Positions 24,806 through 27,968 of a DNA stretch of 27,968 nucleotides are shown here, piece by piece. Source of the stretch: a virus (taxonomy: Duplodnaviria; Heunggongvirae; Uroviricota; Caudoviricetes); IMG/VR virus record IMGVR_UViG_3300032245_000624; one strand, given 5' to 3'. Each line of letters starts with the position of its first letter. Position 1 is the stretch's first letter. A program made the position numbers and the translations under genes. The notes under the pieces were generated by a model that saw only the letters and a list, made by a program, of their open reading frames with translations, had not been told where the DNA came from and made no database searches.

Positions 24806-25318
24806 TTATTTGAGAAACTCATGTGGATCTAAATCATAGTAAAGACTGTTGATTCGATGTACTCCGATTTTGTATAATACAAAACTGGCCACACTAGATC
24901 CACGACCAACACCCCAAACTACATTGTGTGATCTCATGGTATCTACTAGGTACTTCATATAACGTAATAGTACAAAAGCATCTCGTTCTTGGTATAACAA
25001 AAGCTCTTCACCACACCGTTGAAGTTCAGCGTTATTGTTGCACTGGTTCAGCACCCAGGCTGCAATATCCATGTCACGATACTCCACAGGCATGTGCCAA
25101 TTGGATTGCAGTTGTTGATCAAACGCATTAACATCAGAATCATTGAATTGGTACAAACCCAGCGTGGGCATGTCTGCAAAAAACTTGGAAACAGCAGAAT
25201 TGTATTCTGCTGGATCCTCAACATTAAATCTACCTAGGTCCAGTGCAGGATCTTGATACAATAAGTCAAACAGTTCTCTAGAGTCAGTGTATGCTACGCC
25301 GTGATTGTCGTACTTCAT
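24806..25318 (-). CDS. dnaE: Stand-alone fragment of family C DNA polymerase III alpha subunit
   Basis: RCGEELLLY...LLRYMKYLVDTMRSHNVVWGVGRGSSVASFVLYKIGVHRINSLYYDLDPHEFLK parallels DnaE RL..EL...GPGRGS.AGSLVAY.LGIT..DPL.Y.L.FERFL; only 170 aa. Confidence 0.8.
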   Translation of the reverse strand: MKYDNHGVAYTDSRELFDLLYQDPALDLGRFNVEDPAEYNSAVSKFFADMPTLGLYQFNDSDVNAFDQQLQSNWHMPVEYRDMDIAAWVLNQCNNNAELQRCGEELLLYQERDAFVLLRYMKYLVDTMRSHNVVWGVGRGSSVASFVLYKIGVHRINSLYYDLDPHEFLK

Positions 25319-25563
25319 TTGATATCAATTATTTTGCTAAAATCTTTATCCTTGCCACCAAGAGCATTTTGTAATTGCTTTTGGTAACGATTGTTTAACT
25401 CATCTTGGTAATGCTGGCGTAATGCTTGCATCTGATCAATAATTCCATATGGGCCAGAACGATAAGCCTGAGCTAGTTTTTGATTTAGCTCGGCAAATTT
25501 TTTGTTCAGCTCGTCGTCAGTTAAGCTGGACAGATCTGGCGCCATTGGATGAAACGTTATCAC
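25315..25563 (-). CDS. Hypothetical helical protein, 82 aa
   Basis: ATGA overlaps on both sides; DLSSLTDDELNKKFAEL. Confidence 0.75.
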   Translation of the reverse strand: MITFHPMAPDLSSLTDDELNKKFAELNQKLAQAYRSGPYGIIDQMQALRQHYQDELNNRYQKQLQNALGGKDKDFSKIIDIK

Positions 25564-25748
25564 TTGGCTTCCTTGCGAGCGTTCTTTTCTGCTGTGATTT
25601 CGTTTCGTCGAGCTTTGATTAGTTTGGTCATTTCGCCCAATGCCTTGCGAGCACGGGTACCAGCGGCATTGTTACCGCTGTCAAATTTTTCGTTTTCTTT
25701 TAAGAATTCTTCCATGAATCCTTTGATGCTTTCAGTGGTATTACCCAT
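25560..25748 (-). CDS. Histone H1-like Hc1 family small protein
   Basis: ENEKFDSGNNAAGTRARKAL.E..KL.K..R matches the GNKAAGTRARK signature of short Hc1-family proteins. Confidence 0.7.
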   Translation of the reverse strand: MGNTTESIKGFMEEFLKENEKFDSGNNAAGTRARKALGEMTKLIKARRNEITAEKNARKEAK

Positions 25749-26182
25749 TATAGATCTCCTTGTTGTCTATTCTCACTGTGATACGGATCAAACTCACCAC
25801 CTGGGTAGCGAGCCTTCAGTTTATTTACGTTCTCTGCAATGACCTCGTTTGGATCTAGGTTCAAAGCACGGCAGGCATTGACCCAGTACCACATGATATC
25901 ACCCAATTCTCGTTTCATGTGAAATAGGTTTTCGTGTGTGAGGGGCTTGCCTTGAAAGAACATTTTTTTGGGGATTTCGCAGAACTCGCCTGTTTCGGCA
26001 GCAAGTCCTAGTGCGCCAGTTAACAGCAATGGAACATTGATGTCTGGGCCATGTGCTTCTGTTTCGAAGCTGTAGTTACCGTCTAGTTCATCTAGACGAT
26101 TCATAAATGTGGTTAAATCGTTTGAGGGCTTGCTGGTCACAGCTTCCACAAACTCAGAATAACGGGAAAGATCAATATTCAT
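25748..26182 (-). CDS. mazG: MazG-like nucleoside triphosphate pyrophosphohydrolase
   Basis: LGLAAETGEFCEIPKK...RELGDIMWY...ENVNKLKARYP; ATG at 26182 5 nt after AGGAG. Confidence 0.88.
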   Translation of the reverse strand: MNIDLSRYSEFVEAVTSKPSNDLTTFMNRLDELDGNYSFETEAHGPDINVPLLLTGALGLAAETGEFCEIPKKMFFQGKPLTHENLFHMKRELGDIMWYWVNACRALNLDPNEVIAENVNKLKARYPGGEFDPYHSENRQQGDL

Positions 26183-26201
26183 ATTCACTCCTATGTAGCA
26201 C

Positions 26202-26230
26202 AGTATACACTATGCCACATAGGATGTCAA
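26202..26230 (-). promoter_or_regulatory. sigma70 promoter for the mazG-Hc1-dnaE operon, embedded in a hairpin
   Basis: TTGACA (26230-26225), 17 nt, TATACT (26207-26202); 15-bp inverted repeat 26190-26223. Confidence 0.8.
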
Positions 26231-26237
26231 TATTTTA

Positions 26238-27968
26238 TCAATTGAGTTTTGTCCATTTGAAGAAGGTTTGACCTTTGATACTCAGGGTTGGACTTGAGCC
26301 GCCTGATATAGAAGCCTGTACCTTGACGTTGGTAGCCGCGGTATGGTAGTATGTACCTTGGATACGAGCCAACATACCTGTCACACTGGTCGAACTTGCT
26401 GTTGCAAGAGCACCTGCAGAACTTGCGGTAGCAACAGCACTAGCCACGCTCATTGCACCAGTGGCGCTAGCGTTCTGCTCAACTGTGTAGTTACATGTAC
26501 CTGCACTAAAAACCATTGAGAAAGTCTTGGTCATTGCGGCTGCAGAAGCAACTGTACAATCATGGAAGATCCAAGCTTCAAAGAAGTAGGACTTGTTGGC
26601 TTCCGCAGTAAAGTTCAAGTTAGTAACATCAGTTAACGAAGCACTGGTAACGCTTTGTGCGGAACCTACTCCACTAACCAGTGCAACACCGCTTGCACCA
26701 ACTGCATTGATTGGCTGTGCAGAACCTTGAACAAACAAGTTACCTGCAATGCTTGCGCCTGCTCCAGCACCTGACAGCACCAAAGCACCTGTACCTGCGC
26801 CGCCAGCTGTGGTGTCAGTTACTGTGATAAACTGCCCCACGTTCAAACGTCCGCCAATACCAACACCAGCAGTGCCAGCAACAACCAGCGCACCAGAAGT
26901 GGTTGTGGTACTTGCTTGACTTGCGGTTAGTACTAGGTTACCGTTGATTACACTGGTGTTGTTGATGTACATACCACCTGATGACACAACCAACGCACCT
27001 TCTTGCCAACCAGCACCGTTTGTATTGATACTGCCTGCTGTGGCACTAGTAATCACTAGGTTACCAGCTGTTACTGCATTGCCTGCAATACCAACTCCAC
27101 CCTTAACAACCAATGCACCTGATGTGGATGATGTTGATGTAGTAGTTGCAACCACAACCACGTTAGAGTCTGCGGAAGCAAGAGAACCTAGGTATACATT
27201 ACCTTGTACCCAAAGGTTACCAGCAATACCAACACCGCCTGAGTTAACACGACCATTTGCCGCAACAACTGCTTGTACTACTAATGCACCAGTGTTGAAA
27301 CTTATGCTTGGAGTACCAGACTGAATATAAATGTTACCTGAACCAAAACCTGGGTTGGTACCGTCACTTGGTTGACCTACATTGATGTTACCAAAAATGT
27401 TAACACCACCCAATGCTGTCATGGCACCAAAACTACCACCTAATGGAGTGTAAGCAACAGGGCTACCAGCAATGATAGCACCAAATGCGTTGTTACGGTT
27501 GCGTAGGTATAACGAACCAGAGTTGTTAATACCAATTTGCAACGAACCAGATATTGTTGCGCCACCGTAACGTGCTTGTTGTACGTTACCAATGACCAAT
27601 GAACCAGTGTTCATGTCATCGTATGTGATATCGCCGTTGGATACACCAACGTTGATTCGGATGTTGCCTAGCCCACTGTCGTCACCAACGTTTAGTGCTC
27701 TGGCAATATGTGCGCCACCAGTGACCACCAATGCACCATTGTAGTATGGATTTGGTGCACCACTAGAACCTGGGCTGTAAATGCTGTTGGTTACGTTGCC
27801 TAAAATAGTAAATCCATTGGCAATAACGTTTTTAACAACACCCAATCCGCCAAGTATAATTGTGGAAGCATCTGTTGTGCTAGATGCTTGTGTGGTATTT
27901 GCTATTAGAACGTTTGAGCCAAAGAATGCGGCACCAGCAACACTGAAGCCACCAGCGGATTGTAATGC
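26238..27968 (-). CDS. Tail-fibre-like beta-repeat structural protein, 5' truncated by window edge
   Basis: About 9 imperfect (S/T)GALVV-x-GG-x-GI-x-GNL repeats; frame remains open from 27845 to base 27968 (ALQSAGGFSVAGAAFFGSNV...). Confidence 0.75.
   Translation of the reverse strand, partial: ALQSAGGFSVAGAAFFGSNVLIANTTQASSTTDASTIILGGLGVVKNVIANGFTILGNVTNSIYSPGSSGAPNPYYNGALVVTGGAHIARALNVGDDSGLGNIRINVGVSNGDITYDDMNTGSLVIGNVQQARYGGATISGSLQIGINNSGSLYLRNRNNAFGAIIAGSPVAYTPLGGSFGAMTALGGVNIFGNINVGQPSDGTNPGFGSGNIYIQSGTPSISFNTGALVVQAVVAANGRVNSGGVGIAGNLWVQGNVYLGSLASADSNVVVVATTTSTSSTSGALVVKGGVGIAGNAVTAGNLVITSATAGSINTNGAGWQEGALVVSSGGMYINNTSVINGNLVLTASQASTTTTSGALVVAGTAGVGIGGRLNVGQFITVTDTTAGGAGTGALVLSGAGAGASIAGNLFVQGSAQPINAVGASGVALVSGVGSAQSVTSASLTDVTNLNFTAEANKSYFFEAWIFHDCTVASAAAMTKTFSMVFSAGTCNYTVEQNASATGAMSVASAVATASSAGALATASSTSVTGMLARIQGTYYHTAATNVKVQASISGGSSPTLSIKGQTFFKWTKLN

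Noticed and set aside
587-27324. Plus-strand ORFs in the track other than phoH (e.g. 2871..3389, 3993..4436, 7301..7696, 26944..27324) and short out-of-frame minus ORFs
   Set aside because: They lie antisense to or inside well-supported genes, lack RBS or motifs, and look like shadow ORFs.
1-27968. Bacterial chromosome heat-shock region
   Set aside because: dnaK, dnaJ, clpA and groES are scattered without grpE, groEL, hrcA or clpS and are interleaved with holin, spanins, endolysin, fibre genes, an RFC-type clamp loader and many small unknown ORFs.
1-27968. Eukaryotic giant virus (suggested by Hsp70, DnaJ, RFC)
   Set aside because: Shine-Dalgarno sites, sigma70 promoters, bacterial-type DnaK and a peptidoglycan/outer-membrane lysis cassette indicate a bacteriophage.
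1-27968. Stop-codon reassignment as seen in some large phages
   Set aside because: Genes are full length and tile tightly under code 11; TAA, TGA and TAG all appear as ordinary ends (TAG at 320-322).
1-27968. CRISPR array, tRNA genes, IS elements, introns or inteins
   Set aside because: No regularly spaced repeats, cloverleafs, transposase, homing endonuclease or intein motifs seen; intergenic gaps are too short.

Overview
Densely coded, roughly 42% GC (estimated by eye) segment of a large tailed bacteriophage genome (jumbo/huge-phage type), most likely infecting a Gram-negative proteobacterium. All credible genes except phoH lie on the minus strand. Left to right: a fatty-acid desaturase (runs off the left edge, missing from the ORF track), a small membrane protein, Dps, a candidate structured RNA, a glycine-rich fibre protein, two small acidic proteins, a 1221-aa modular protein with an N-terminal HxGH nucleotidyltransferase, a GT-A-like protein, ClpA, DnaJ, a seven-gene lysis cassette (holin, two helical proteins, a second lipoprotein, o-spanin, i-spanin, GH19 endolysin), two unknown genes, PhoH, a HAD nucleotidase, DnaK, an island of small genes behind sigma70 promoters, a cupin, a clamp-loader subunit, a GroES-like protein, a stand-alone DnaE fragment, an Hc1-like protein, a MazG-like pyrophosphatase and a beta-repeat tail-fibre-like gene (runs off the right edge). 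Two promoter classes are visible: sigma70 (TTGAC-N17-TAnAnT, four copies) and a T4-late-like TAAATA motif (at least 11 copies just upstream of starts). No tRNA, rRNA, CRISPR array or IS element was seen. The most interesting signals are the putative protease-processed polyprotein with a HiPIP-like Cys module, the phage-encoded chaperone set, the intein-less DnaE fragment that stops before the catalytic aspartates, a promoter/RBS hairpin switch in front of mazG, a leaderless dnaJ, the FG-repeat holin and extra lysis genes, and an unidentified structured RNA beside dps. All functional calls come from motif recognition by eye; no database search was run.
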